This document shows positions 9,601-19,139 of a DNA stretch of 64,000 bases, one piece after another. Below the pieces are notes generated by a model, which was not told the origin of the DNA, did not search any database, and saw only the letters and a list, made by a program, of their open reading frames with translations. Origin of the DNA: Escherichia phage ECD7; the sequence record NC_041936.1. The stretch is one strand, 5' to 3'. The position numbers and the translations under genes are program-made. Numbering within the stretch: position 1 is the first letter of the stretch; every line of letters begins with the position of its first letter.

Positions 9601-9663
9601 ATAAAAAAGCCTCCAATCTTTCGACGGGAGGCATAATAAAACCATTATAGAGTAGTGTCAACT
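9601..9663 (-). promoter_or_regulatory. early promoter plus terminator-like hairpin that sequesters the ART gene Shine-Dalgarno
   Basis: Minus: TTGACA-17-TATTAT, then GCCTCC-12nt-GGAGGC hairpin, U6, ATG at 9599. Confidence 0.5.
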
Positions 9664-9668
9664 AATTT

Positions 9669-10187
9669 TTAGTAGCCGCGTTCTTGACGGGCGAAGTTTT
9701 CAGCATTTTTCAGATAGTACAGAATAAAGAGTTCTTGAGCGTCAATACCCAGCGGGATCATCTTGGACAGAATGAAGTGGATCGCGTCCACAAATTCAAA
9801 TTTCACTTCAAGCTGATCTTCTGGTGACAGTTCAGAGAATTTACGCGCTCGCGCTTCCCCGTGGTTCTTTTTCCACATTTTCCAGATTGCGCTTGCATCT
9901 TTACCATTGGACATTCCACCCAGCGATGTGTAAAGCTCTCGTGTTTCGTCTGCGATAGCGTCATCCATCCGTTGCATCCAATCCAGCATTTCACCGCAAG
10001 TCTCTAGCTTAGTTGGGTTTGGGACCCAATCAAATTTTTCGGATAATGCAACCTGCAAACCAGTTTGCATTTCGAGCATCACCTGAAACGGATCTTTACC
10101 TTCTGCAATCGCGTGATGATATGCGGCGATAGCCGCGTTAATATCTTTTTCGTTAACCAGACCAGCACAAGAATTAAATTCTGACAT
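9669..10187 (-). CDS. 56: dCTP/dUTP pyrophosphatase gp56 (MazG-like)
   Basis: ATG at 10185-10187 with GAGGTG SD (track start is GTG at 10193); position between mod and 61. Confidence 0.65.
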   Translation of the reverse strand: MSEFNSCAGLVNEKDINAAIAAYHHAIAEGKDPFQVMLEMQTGLQVALSEKFDWVPNPTKLETCGEMLDWMQRMDDAIADETRELYTSLGGMSNGKDASAIWKMWKKNHGEARARKFSELSPEDQLEVKFEFVDAIHFILSKMIPLGIDAQELFILYYLKNAENFARQERGY

Positions 10188-10201
10188 ATTCACCTCATTA
10201 A

Positions 10202-11230
10202 TTAAAATTTACAATATTTCATAAACCGCATTTTAGCCATCAGACCTTGTACGGTGTTCTCTTTGATATATTCCATGATCTGGTCGCGTGTAGCGCCCTC
10301 GTCCTGAATCATGGCGTTAACGTCTTTAGAATGCCACGGGCAACGATCCCACAATACAATCTTTTCCCCTGCATTGATAAACTTTTCCAGTCGGTGCATT
10401 GTATCGGCTGACCGTGGTTCCGCATCAAGTACAAACACTCGCTGGTCTGGGAAAGGGATTTCATCTAATCCCAAAGTACCGCCAGTAATTGCACACCCGT
10501 TATCAATAAACAATGAATCGATCGGACCTTCTAAGAAATACACTGGCTTACTCGGATCGGCGCGTTCAAGACCATAGACCTTACTCGCCAACTCGTGAGT
10601 TTTAATCGTCATATATTTGGTCTTTCCGTAATCCTTTCTCAATGCTCGCCCCTGAATGGATTCTATCTTGTTCTCGCGGTTAAAGATAGGAATAACTAAA
10701 CGCGGTTCAGGTTGTGGATTCTTGAAAGTATCAGCCTTAATGTGATTTGCTACCTTTTGCCATTCTCTCGTGAAATAAAGAAGATCCCATTTATCGTGGG
10801 GAATGCAACGATCACTGACATACTTTATTATAGGATGATTAGCCGGAAGAGTATCTAATCTCTCGCAGAAAGGCAATGTTTGCACTTTCTTAATCTCCGG
10901 CTTTTCTACCTTTTTCAGTGGCTTGAACGTGGTGTTCTTGTGGTCGCCTTGTTCCTTCCGTCGTTCCATAAGCCATTCCCTGAATAGATCCGGCTTATAT
11001 TGTTTAAGAAATTCACCTAACGGCTGATTGTAGTTACAGTTGAAACATCCGGCTCGCAAACTATCTTTATAGGTATAGATACGGAATCGCGCCATTGTGC
11101 TATTCTTTTTGGAATCTCCGCAGATCGGACAACTTGCTACTAACGTAAATGAGTTAGTATGTAACCGCTTGAAATTTCGTTCGCCGTATAATGCTTTTTC
11201 GGCTATTTCATAATCTGCGTAGTAAATCAT
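10202..11230 (-). CDS. 61: DNA primase gp61
   Basis: 342 aa, same length as T4 gp61; N-terminal CPICGDS...CFNCNY zinc ribbon. Confidence 0.9.
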   Translation of the reverse strand: MIYYADYEIAEKALYGERNFKRLHTNSFTLVASCPICGDSKKNSTMARFRIYTYKDSLRAGCFNCNYNQPLGEFLKQYKPDLFREWLMERRKEQGDHKNTTFKPLKKVEKPEIKKVQTLPFCERLDTLPANHPIIKYVSDRCIPHDKWDLLYFTREWQKVANHIKADTFKNPQPEPRLVIPIFNRENKIESIQGRALRKDYGKTKYMTIKTHELASKVYGLERADPSKPVYFLEGPIDSLFIDNGCAITGGTLGLDEIPFPDQRVFVLDAEPRSADTMHRLEKFINAGEKIVLWDRCPWHSKDVNAMIQDEGATRDQIMEYIKENTVQGLMAKMRFMKYCKF

Positions 11231-11237
11231 AAGATCC

Positions 11238-11801
11238 TCACTGTATATTTTTACTTCTCTGCTTTCCTATCCAGATCCGTCTAACTGTTTCCGCATTAAC
11301 ATCATATATTTTTGCGATCTTTGCCGCAGATCCGGTTCCTTTTAGAGTTTTGATTTCTTCAATCTGATCTTTGGTTAATTTAGCCCAATGGTGTGCATCA
11401 CCATAACACGAACTCAGACCGTGTGTCAATGCATGAATCTGATTTTCTGATTGTGTAACCCATTCAAGATTATATAGGTCATGGTTTCTTTTGTTTCCAT
11501 CGATATGATTAACAAACGGCAAATTGTTTACGTTTGGTATAAACGCTTCTGCTTTTGCTCTGTGTATGTATATCGATAGAGATTTAACCCTAGACCCTGA
11601 ACTAGTTTTATTACCGTAAGGATCTCTGATTCTTGCTACGGCGTATCCACCGCTTCTTCCGGCTACAGATTCTCTATAAATCTTTCCTGTTTTCTTGTTT
11701 CTAATGCGTCCATATGAGCTAACCTCGTAGCCTGGCATTTCGACGCCCATATAAACAAGGTCTTTCCATTCTTCTGGATGTTCATCACAATACCGTTTCA
11801 T
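11238..11801 (-). CDS. free-standing HNH homing endonuclease (AP2/NUMOD-like N-terminus, C-terminal HTH)
   Basis: HIDGNKRNHDLYNLEWVTQSEN HNH motif; inserted between 61 and 56. Confidence 0.8.
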   Translation of the reverse strand: MKRYCDEHPEEWKDLVYMGVEMPGYEVSSYGRIRNKKTGKIYRESVAGRSGGYAVARIRDPYGNKTSSGSRVKSLSIYIHRAKAEAFIPNVNNLPFVNHIDGNKRNHDLYNLEWVTQSENQIHALTHGLSSCYGDAHHWAKLTKDQIEEIKTLKGTGSAAKIAKIYDVNAETVRRIWIGKQRSKNIQ

Positions 11802-11816
11802 GATGTTATTAACCTC

Positions 11817-12020
11817 TTATAGCTCAAATTTCATGAAAGTTCCTACACTTTCATTTTCATTCTCTCCGTTCTCATCTAAGCCAAATTTGTAGACACTACC
11901 ATCTGGCGATGTGTAAGAGAATACACGAAAACGGCCTACCGGGTCAAGTTCTGTAAATTCATATTCTTTTCCGGCTTCAAAAAGTGCATATGTGCTTTTA
12001 AGACATTTCATCGTAATCAT
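11817..12020 (-). CDS. hypothetical protein
   Basis: 67-aa ORF, ATG at 12018-12020. Confidence 0.4.
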   Translation of the reverse strand: MITMKCLKSTYALFEAGKEYEFTELDPVGRFRVFSYTSPDGSVYKFGLDENGENENESVGTFMKFEL

Positions 12021-12340
12021 TTAAGCGCCACCGATAACAGAATGAGAACTACACCAACATACATTGTGATCTCGGATAACTTTTCTGTTTTTGTTTTGTG
12101 TCCAGATAATCCGAAAACAACAACACCGATAATAGCGGACAGCAAGCCAACGATAAACATGATGATACTAAGCACCGTCTTTCTCCTTTTTGCGTTTTTC
12201 TTTACCCGCTACACTAGGTCCACGATTGGTAATAGATCCGCTCGTTTCACCTGCTGCAATCTTCTCAGGATTGCCGCCAGCATCGCCAGCGGTCATATCT
12301 TCTTTGAGTTTATTTTCTTCAACAAACTGTTTAAAGCCAA

Positions 12341-12718
12341 TCATAGAATAATCTCTTTCAGTAAGTCAACAATCTGGTCTTTTGTCAGTTTATCCTGATT
12401 CTCTACAATCTTGATAACACAAGCGTTAACATCTTTTCGAGTCACGCGGGAGATCGTTTTAATACGATGAAACGGTTCGTAGAAATATACTGCTTCATTA
12501 TAGAGAGCGGATACTTTACGACGCATTTGATCTTTATCTGACAAGAAAACAAGTGCTGTTTTATGACCTTCTACACCCGCCACGTTATATAGTTCAGCAA
12601 CACCCCAGCGACCTTCCGGTTCAATCATTCCGGCGTGTTTACCGTCGATAAAAATAAGAATATCTCCGTTGAATGCGGTTTTGAATGCTACATCTTCCGG
12701 CGTAATCATATTTTTCAT
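12341..12718 (-). CDS. hypothetical protein (61.x region)
   Basis: 125-aa ORF. Confidence 0.45.
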   Translation of the reverse strand: MKNMITPEDVAFKTAFNGDILIFIDGKHAGMIEPEGRWGVAELYNVAGVEGHKTALVFLSDKDQMRRKVSALYNEAVYFYEPFHRIKTISRVTRKDVNACVIKIVENQDKLTKDQIVDLLKEIIL

Positions 12719-12748
12719 AATATAGTCTCCTTAGAGTTTCATTATAGA

Positions 12749-13384
12749 TTAATCGAATGTAGAAAGCAAATGTTTTGTTTCTTTCAGTTGTCGTTCAAGA
12801 TTTTTGCGTTTCTCTTTAAGTTGCATTTTAGCATTATTTCTCTCTCTTGTAACCTCTTTATCAATGCTCTTATTCCAGTTATCAATATCAGAATAAGTTG
12901 GCATACCCAATTCTAGACCTAATGCGGTTGGATGCAGGGTAACAGTCCATAAACCGCTAATCTTCTTAAATAGGTCGGGGTGTAGTGTACTATCTACATC
13001 TTCCGGTGTCAACTCTTTTTCTTCTTTCAGTGGTGGGATCTCGTCATATGGTTCCAGTGCATTTACTTTAATATCAGATACCTCATCAAAGAATCCGCGT
13101 ACATCCGCAGGAAATACACAAGCAATTTCCCAACCGTGATCACGAAGAGAAGTAATATTTTTCACTCCCCCGCCATGTGTGATGATTGATGTGACATTGC
13201 CATCAAGGTCCACCGAATTTACGAGAAATGGCTTATCGTCTGTCAGATCATTATAAAACTGTGCTTCGGCTGTAGTCATCTCCAGAAACAGATCTCGGAT
13301 CGGACGACCATCAGGTGCGTTACCTTCCTTGAGAGTATAAAAGCGACTTACGATCCATTTTGGCGGTAAAGTATTAGCGATCAT
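12749..13384 (-). CDS. hypothetical protein (61.x region)
   Basis: 211-aa ORF. Confidence 0.45.
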   Translation of the reverse strand: MIANTLPPKWIVSRFYTLKEGNAPDGRPIRDLFLEMTTAEAQFYNDLTDDKPFLVNSVDLDGNVTSIITHGGGVKNITSLRDHGWEIACVFPADVRGFFDEVSDIKVNALEPYDEIPPLKEEKELTPEDVDSTLHPDLFKKISGLWTVTLHPTALGLELGMPTYSDIDNWNKSIDKEVTRERNNAKMQLKEKRKNLERQLKETKHLLSTFD

Positions 13385-13434
13385 GTTATATCTCCTATCA
13401 AATCATTCACCAGCGCCCCGCAGGGCGCATTTTA

Positions 13435-14847
13435 TTAGAAAGTCATGTTATTTGCTAGCTCGTCGAGTTTTTCTCGTTTCTCGGCTTGCTGTGCGCTTTG
13501 TGGTTTAACTTGTGCATTCTCCTGATCTGCGATCTGGTTTGGTACTTCATACCAACGCTGATTGCCTTTTTTTACACCAACGTTAAATCGTGAATAATAG
13601 TTCTTGTCACCGTAACGAGACTTGATCTGCTTCATGAGTTGAACGCCCATTTTAGCCAGGTCTTCGGTTTCGATAACACCCAACATAAAATCGGCTGTAG
13701 CCGGAAGACCTGCTGATTCAGCGGTATCACTCATGTTAAGGTCGGAAGCATCCCAACCCGCGCGGGTAGTCTGTGCCGCAGTCCAACCAACAACATCCCA
13801 CTTAACAAAAAATCCTCGCAGTTCTTCCGCAATCGCCTTAACTAGTGTGTAACTATTTTCAGAGTATACACGCAAGCGAGACGATGCGCAAATCCCCAGA
13901 TAGTCAACAATCACAACATCAGGTTTAAACTGTTTCTTGAGTCGCAATTCATTCATTAACGCCTCAAAGTGATTGGAGTTCGCGCCACCAGTCGGATACT
14001 GCTTGATCATCAATTTTCCAACCGGACGATCTCCGATCTTCTTATTCTTAACACGCTTCATACGTGCGGAATATTCCGCAAAAGAAACATTACCATTATC
14101 CAATTCATCTAATGTAATGTCAAGCAAGTTTGCGTCGATACGTTTGGCTACGACATGCTCTGCCATCTCCATTGAGATATACAATACATCATAACCGCAT
14201 TCCATATAATCCGCAGCAAGAGAACACAATCCAAGCGATTTACCAACATTTACACCAGCAAGCAACACATTTAGCGTTTTTCTTTCCGCCCCTCCTTTCG
14301 TGATTTTATTCAACATCGGCAGCTTAAACGGGATCTTATTCGCTTTAGTCTGATATAGCAAGAATCGTTTTTCAAAGTCATTAAACCAGTCATGACCTAC
14401 ATCAGAATCAAACGTAATGGATAGTGCTTCCTGCATGATCTCAGGAATAGCTCCCTCACTCGGCAATTTCTTATTCTGTTTCTCTTTTGGTAGTTGTGCG
14501 TTCGCCTGAATCTCTAGCGCCCGTGACATTGCATTATACATGGCACGGTCACGAATAAATTTTTCGGTTTCCTTCATTAACCAATCAAGGTCTTCCGGTG
14601 TATTCTCCAGCGAATCGAGAAGAGTTTTAGCCCCTTCATATGTTGTCTGATTGCCTCTCTCCTTGTCCAAAGCAATCTGTAATGCAGTTGGCGTAGGAAT
14701 ATTGGAATATTCGTCTACGTGCTTTTTAATCAGCTTATAAATCAGTTTTTCTTCGTCTTCGGTGAAGTAGTCCGCTTTAAGGTGAGGCCATACATTCGTA
14801 AAGAATGCGCCATTGTAAATCAACTGTGAAAAGATAGTTTTAATCAT
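13435..14847 (-). CDS. 41: replicative DNA helicase gp41 (DnaB-like)
   Basis: 470 aa; long stretches resemble T4 gp41 (NVLLAGVNVGKSLGLCSLAADY, YISMEMAE, KQIKSRYGDKN). Confidence 0.95.
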   Translation of the reverse strand: MIKTIFSQLIYNGAFFTNVWPHLKADYFTEDEEKLIYKLIKKHVDEYSNIPTPTALQIALDKERGNQTTYEGAKTLLDSLENTPEDLDWLMKETEKFIRDRAMYNAMSRALEIQANAQLPKEKQNKKLPSEGAIPEIMQEALSITFDSDVGHDWFNDFEKRFLLYQTKANKIPFKLPMLNKITKGGAERKTLNVLLAGVNVGKSLGLCSLAADYMECGYDVLYISMEMAEHVVAKRIDANLLDITLDELDNGNVSFAEYSARMKRVKNKKIGDRPVGKLMIKQYPTGGANSNHFEALMNELRLKKQFKPDVVIVDYLGICASSRLRVYSENSYTLVKAIAEELRGFFVKWDVVGWTAAQTTRAGWDASDLNMSDTAESAGLPATADFMLGVIETEDLAKMGVQLMKQIKSRYGDKNYYSRFNVGVKKGNQRWYEVPNQIADQENAQVKPQSAQQAEKREKLDELANNMTF

Positions 14848-15161
14848 ACATAGCCCCCAACTACACGCATAACAAAGGTCTTGAGTTTATACCAGAAAGT
14901 TTCTTTTTTCAACTTTTCTTCTGCTTCTTTGATCTGCGCGGTTAACGCCTTAATGACGTGTGGATATACCACATCACGATCTGACGGCGTGGAGTAGTCG
15001 ACCACAATACCTTTAGTGTCTGGATCGTATTCAACATTATGAATATAGACAATATGATGTTCTCCCTCTTCATCAACAATTATCAGTTCCTGGATAACTG
15101 TCTTCATTGCTTCTTGAATCAAGCTGTGTGCTTCTTCTAAACTTGTTGGTTTCTTATCCAT
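14844..15161 (-). CDS. gp40-like protein (assigned by position)
   Basis: 105-aa ORF between uvsX and 41 with hydrophobic C-terminus. Confidence 0.4.
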   Translation of the reverse strand: MDKKPTSLEEAHSLIQEAMKTVIQELIIVDEEGEHHIVYIHNVEYDPDTKGIVVDYSTPSDRDVVYPHVIKALTAQIKEAEEKLKKETFWYKLKTFVMRVVGGYV

Positions 15162-15182
15162 AATATAATCCTCTCTAGATAT

Positions 15183-15206
15183 GAAAAAGGGGCACGTAGC
15201 CCCTTT
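15183..15206 (-). terminator. intrinsic terminator-like hairpin after uvsX
   Basis: Minus: AGGGGC-uacgu-GCCCCU followed by UUUUU. Confidence 0.5.
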
Positions 15207-15216
15207 ACTACCATTG

Positions 15217-16287
15217 TTATGCTAACATATCTTCGATTTCTTTGTCAACTGCTTCGTCGCTGATCACTTGCCCCAGCTTATAATGATCGTTGATTGCTTC
15301 GTTAAACTTATCGTTTGTCAGAAGTGGTTTCCAGAACTCAATGCTATTGGTTTCTTTAGCACGGAACTTGCGTTCTTCGGTTTCCATCTCTCCGGTCTCA
15401 GTATTCAGGATTGAACGAGAATACCAGCCGTTTGACGGTTTCACTACCCAACCTAACTCTACAGCCAACTCCAGCAAACCGGAATAAGGATCGATGCCAC
15501 CGCTAAATGTTACGCTAATCGGGAACTTAGATTTTTCTTTAACGGTTCGTGATTTTTCCGCATTCAGGATAAAATCATAACCAGTAATTTCGGTTCCTTC
15601 TTTCTGCTGACGACGACCAATAATGAAAACTTCATTGGCTGAATACATCGCGCCCGTACCGCCGGACATAACGGTCTTACTAAACATTTCTTGCGTTTCG
15701 TAAGTGTGGTTAATAGCGATGCACGGGATATCATTCATAGTCAGATACGGTGTAACCATACGGAACAAGCCTTTAAGTGCTTTAGCTCGCGTCATATCCT
15801 GTGCGGATTTCTCATTAATCGCGTCTTCAACTTCTTTTTTACTTGCTAAGTTACCGATTGAGTCAATAAAGATGATCACTTTATCTTCACGGGTAATTTG
15901 CTCAAGCTGGTTCATGATTTCAAATTTAAGTTCTTCGATGTTCTTGATTGGAACATGCACCACGCGATCAGGATCTACACCCATAGATTCAAGATAAGCG
16001 GGTGTAATACCGAACTCAGAATCAAAGAACAAACACGCCGCATCAGGATTCTGTTTCATGTATGCACTAACACAAGTTAATCCCATGTTTGATTTAAAGT
16101 GCTTAGACGGACCAGCAAAGAAAATCAGACCAGATTGAAAGCCCTTTTTAAGATCACCTGAAAACGCAATATTCAGCATCGGGATCTTAGTGCGAGTATT
16201 TGTTTTTTCGTTAAAGAAGCTGGATTTAGACAGTACCGCAGTAGTTTTCAGGGTAGAGTTCTTTTTCAGTTTTTCCAGTACAGACAT
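15217..16287 (-). CDS. uvsX: UvsX recombinase (RecA-like)
   Basis: 356 aa; TKIPMLNIAFSG, GPSKHFKSN, CIAINHTYETQEMFSKTVM resemble T4 UvsX. Confidence 0.95.
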   Translation of the reverse strand: MSVLEKLKKNSTLKTTAVLSKSSFFNEKTNTRTKIPMLNIAFSGDLKKGFQSGLIFFAGPSKHFKSNMGLTCVSAYMKQNPDAACLFFDSEFGITPAYLESMGVDPDRVVHVPIKNIEELKFEIMNQLEQITREDKVIIFIDSIGNLASKKEVEDAINEKSAQDMTRAKALKGLFRMVTPYLTMNDIPCIAINHTYETQEMFSKTVMSGGTGAMYSANEVFIIGRRQQKEGTEITGYDFILNAEKSRTVKEKSKFPISVTFSGGIDPYSGLLELAVELGWVVKPSNGWYSRSILNTETGEMETEERKFRAKETNSIEFWKPLLTNDKFNEAINDHYKLGQVISDEAVDKEIEDMLA

Positions 16288-16298
16288 TATTAATACCT

Positions 16299-16526
16299 CT
16301 ATTCAGTTAATCCGTAATACTTTAATTGCTTCATTGTTATTCGATCTTTGTAGTGCTCTTGAATTAACTTTTTCATCGCATCAACATCGATCGTCACAAA
16401 TACTTCGTTGCTGTGATTTCCGTGAACTTTCTTGAAATGCTCTATGCCTTCCTCACGTTCGCGTTTAATCTTTTCAATGTCTCTCATAGTATATTTCTCA
16501 CGTTGGCGGGTATCGTCACCCAACAC
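16299..16526 (-). CDS. hypothetical protein
   Basis: 75-aa ORF occupying the slot where T4 has beta-gt/42/imm. Confidence 0.4.
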   Translation of the reverse strand: MLGDDTRQREKYTMRDIEKIKREREEGIEHFKKVHGNHSNEVFVTIDVDAMKKLIQEHYKDRITMKQLKYYGLTE

Positions 16527-16548
16527 CCGCCATTATACACACTCGATC

Positions 16549-18025
16549 TTAAATGTCAAACAGGTCCGTAAGCGATGCCACCTTTTCATATTGCAGCTTT
16601 GCAGCCGTGGTAATGTTCTCCAGTGGTTTGACGAAAGTCTTATTAAACAACAAAGGCCAGTCTAACCACTTCAACACTTCTGATTCAATTTCTGGCGGAA
16701 TACGAGTACCAGACAACCAACCAAAACAGATTTCTCCAAACGGATTTCGATCTTTAAGCGGTACAATCATAACCTTCTCGCCTTCACGAATCGGATCTAG
16801 TCCGAATTTTCGAGCATTACGATTATAACACAATACACTCTTAACCGCATACGGACAACCCTTAATCGGATACCCGTTTGAATCGCTGTATTTCTGTAGG
16901 TTGTTTGCAGATGATACCGCAGCAACCTCAAGATAATCAAGTTTTCTAAACTCTTGCTCAAAAATACCGTAGTATTCCTGTAGCGATTCTTCCCCTTCCT
17001 GCAACATACGGCGAATACATTCTTTCAGTGATTTCTGACATGCTTTAGGGGTGGAGCTACGTTGCGTTTCCAAGCCCATGATTTTTAGCTTAGGTTCAGC
17101 AAAGCGCGTTCCTTCCATATCCCAAACATTAAGAGCATAACGCTTTTTACCAGTCCAGAATCCACCGATACCCGCAGATTTCAACGGAGGACCAGCAATT
17201 GCCTCACGGTCCATAAACATCAAGTGCTCATAGTTATTCATGTACTCGCATAACTCGCGATATCCCTTGTCGATAATAGGTTCCATTCGATGTTTACCGA
17301 AATTATCAAGGAAGTCAACAAGTTTTTCGGTATCGTCGAAACGGTCTTCCCCGCCAACCTTATCAACAACATTGTTAACCAGCACATAAACGGAGTCAGT
17401 ATCACAATAACGAACATATGCAAAATCAGTTGTTCCGCAAAGCTCGTTTAAGTATTCGTTAATCTTACGCTCAATCCACTGAATTGCAAGCTGACCAAAC
17501 AGTGTGATCGCACTAGCGTTACGGAGATCATAAAAACGGAATTTAGGATTCCCCAACGCACCATAAAGGGAGTTGATCAAAACTTTACGAGAAAGCTGGT
17601 TTGTATTGCACAAGATCGACTCGTCTTTACATTCTTCCAGCAATTTCTCTAAGGCATCTTTACTTAATTCAGAAAGCATCGATTTAAACGCTTCGTCAAA
17701 GTCGTGACGCACTTCAACGCTATAGCTAATGGTTCCCCCATAAACATGATTTTCATCGTGTAGAATCGCTTTACATAGTTCAGCATTGCGATCACATGCC
17801 AGCATCATATTTTTGTACTGCTTACGCTGATCAAATACCTTTTTAATCTCAATAGGTACGATACCATGAATATCTTTTCGATACATCCACCCGTTAGGCG
17901 AGCAAGAATACTCATCACTCGGACGTGGTGCAGTTTTATTGATATATTCGTGCATCGGTGCAGCATCAAAAGATCCAGCGATTGTTTCAGGCGAAATATT
18001 AACCTGACGGATGATTGATGGATAC
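16549..18025 (-). CDS. 43: DNA polymerase gp43, exon 2 (motif A YPS onward; palm/thumb)
   Basis: Frame open from 18025 (YPSIIRQVNISPET...); LINSLYGALGN, YCDTDS, KKRY motifs; stop at 16549-16551. Confidence 0.9.
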
Positions 18026-18165
18026 CATTATGTTCAGCGCGGTTCGCTACTCCCGCGCCCGTTCTCTTGCGAACTGCTACATGTCACCATGTAGATCAGA
18101 CTATATCACATTCTCATAGAGAATCCTGCCATTTCGAATCGCTTGATTCTACTCTACTCGGTTCG

Positions 18166-18990
18166 TTACCCTTTCGATAGTCGTTGAACAACTGCATCTT
18201 TAAGCTCATTTTGATCAAACGGTGTTCTCTTACAGTACCCGCTATAATTCTTGGCAAAAGGTTTCTTCTTACCAAAGATCTCTTTTCCTGAATTATGTGC
18301 TTCAACAAGAAAATTCACCATTTCATCAAATGTGAAACTTGTAAATTTAGCATAAGTTTCATTACGTTTTGACATTATTTTACTCATAACTTCCGGTCGT
18401 TTAGACGCTGAATTTTCGCGCTTCTCGCCAGCATTAAATGATACTAACTCACCGGAAACATATCTAGGATCATCACAACTAACTCTAAACCGATTTCCTT
18501 CCTTATCCTTAACGATAACAGTATTCTTTAGCTTTTCTGCCATAGAATCAAGACCTTTTCGTATAGTGTCCTCATCAGCCCCGAAATATTTCTTTCCGCT
18601 CATATCGGTTCTGGCTTTTCCGGTCTTGTTTTCGGATATTTTCAGTCTAACTTCCTCTCGCTTGGCTGGGTTATTGTCTCCAGCGAATGCATCTTTGGTT
18701 AACGCCTTCACTTTATCGTCATAAGATCCTCTAGAGATGAAAGCATATGCTCTCTTGCATTCACCGTTATTGAATATTAAGCACAATAACCGATGCGCCT
18801 CGACGTGGTCTTCAAACTTAAGCCTAACAAGATTCCATTTATCTAACCGATATTCAGGGAACATTGACTTCGGGCATATATGATGCACCTCGGAATATTC
18901 TTCACCCTGATACGGATTAGACACCAGTTTAATGTAGTCGTTTAATGCTTCCTCGTTATGTATTTCGTACTTTCTTAAAATGTCTTTCAT
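18166..18990 (-). CDS. intron-encoded HNH homing endonuclease
   Basis: HNH motif EVHHICPKSMFPEYRLDKWNLVRL...HVEAH; ATG at 18988-18990 preceded by GGAGG. Confidence 0.8.
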   Translation of the reverse strand: MKDILRKYEIHNEEALNDYIKLVSNPYQGEEYSEVHHICPKSMFPEYRLDKWNLVRLKFEDHVEAHRLLCLIFNNGECKRAYAFISRGSYDDKVKALTKDAFAGDNNPAKREEVRLKISENKTGKARTDMSGKKYFGADEDTIRKGLDSMAEKLKNTVIVKDKEGNRFRVSCDDPRYVSGELVSFNAGEKRENSASKRPEVMSKIMSKRNETYAKFTSFTFDEMVNFLVEAHNSGKEIFGKKKPFAKNYSGYCKRTPFDQNELKDAVVQRLSKG

Positions 18991-19035
18991 CTCGCGCCTC
19001 CAATGTATATCAATATTTATATACATTATAAGACA
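18991..19035 (-). promoter_or_regulatory. T4-type late promoter (TATAAATA) and RBS for the intron endonuclease
   Basis: Minus strand TATAAATA (plus 19024-19031) about 33 nt upstream of the HEG ATG. Confidence 0.5.
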
Positions 19036-19139
19036 CGTTAGCTCAAAATGCAACTGCTGCTGATTGTCTCCTTAGAGATTTCCCAGCAATTAAGCAGGTT
19101 ATTCGATCACTGTCACCAGTGAAAGCCCCATATCAGTTT

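Larger units (their letters stand above)
18026..19139 (-). mobile_element. group I self-splicing intron in gene 43 carrying an HNH homing endonuclease
   Basis: Exon 1 ends ...FDLTSL, exon 2 resumes YPSII...; intervening 1114 nt has stops in frame, ends ...GAACATAATG (omega G), contains GATATAGTCTGA core-like element. Confidence 0.8.

Noticed and set aside
18026-19139. Intein in DNA polymerase
   Set aside because: The intervening sequence has stop codons in the polymerase frame and the endonuclease ORF is in a different frame with its own promoter and RBS; an intein would be an in-frame protein insertion.
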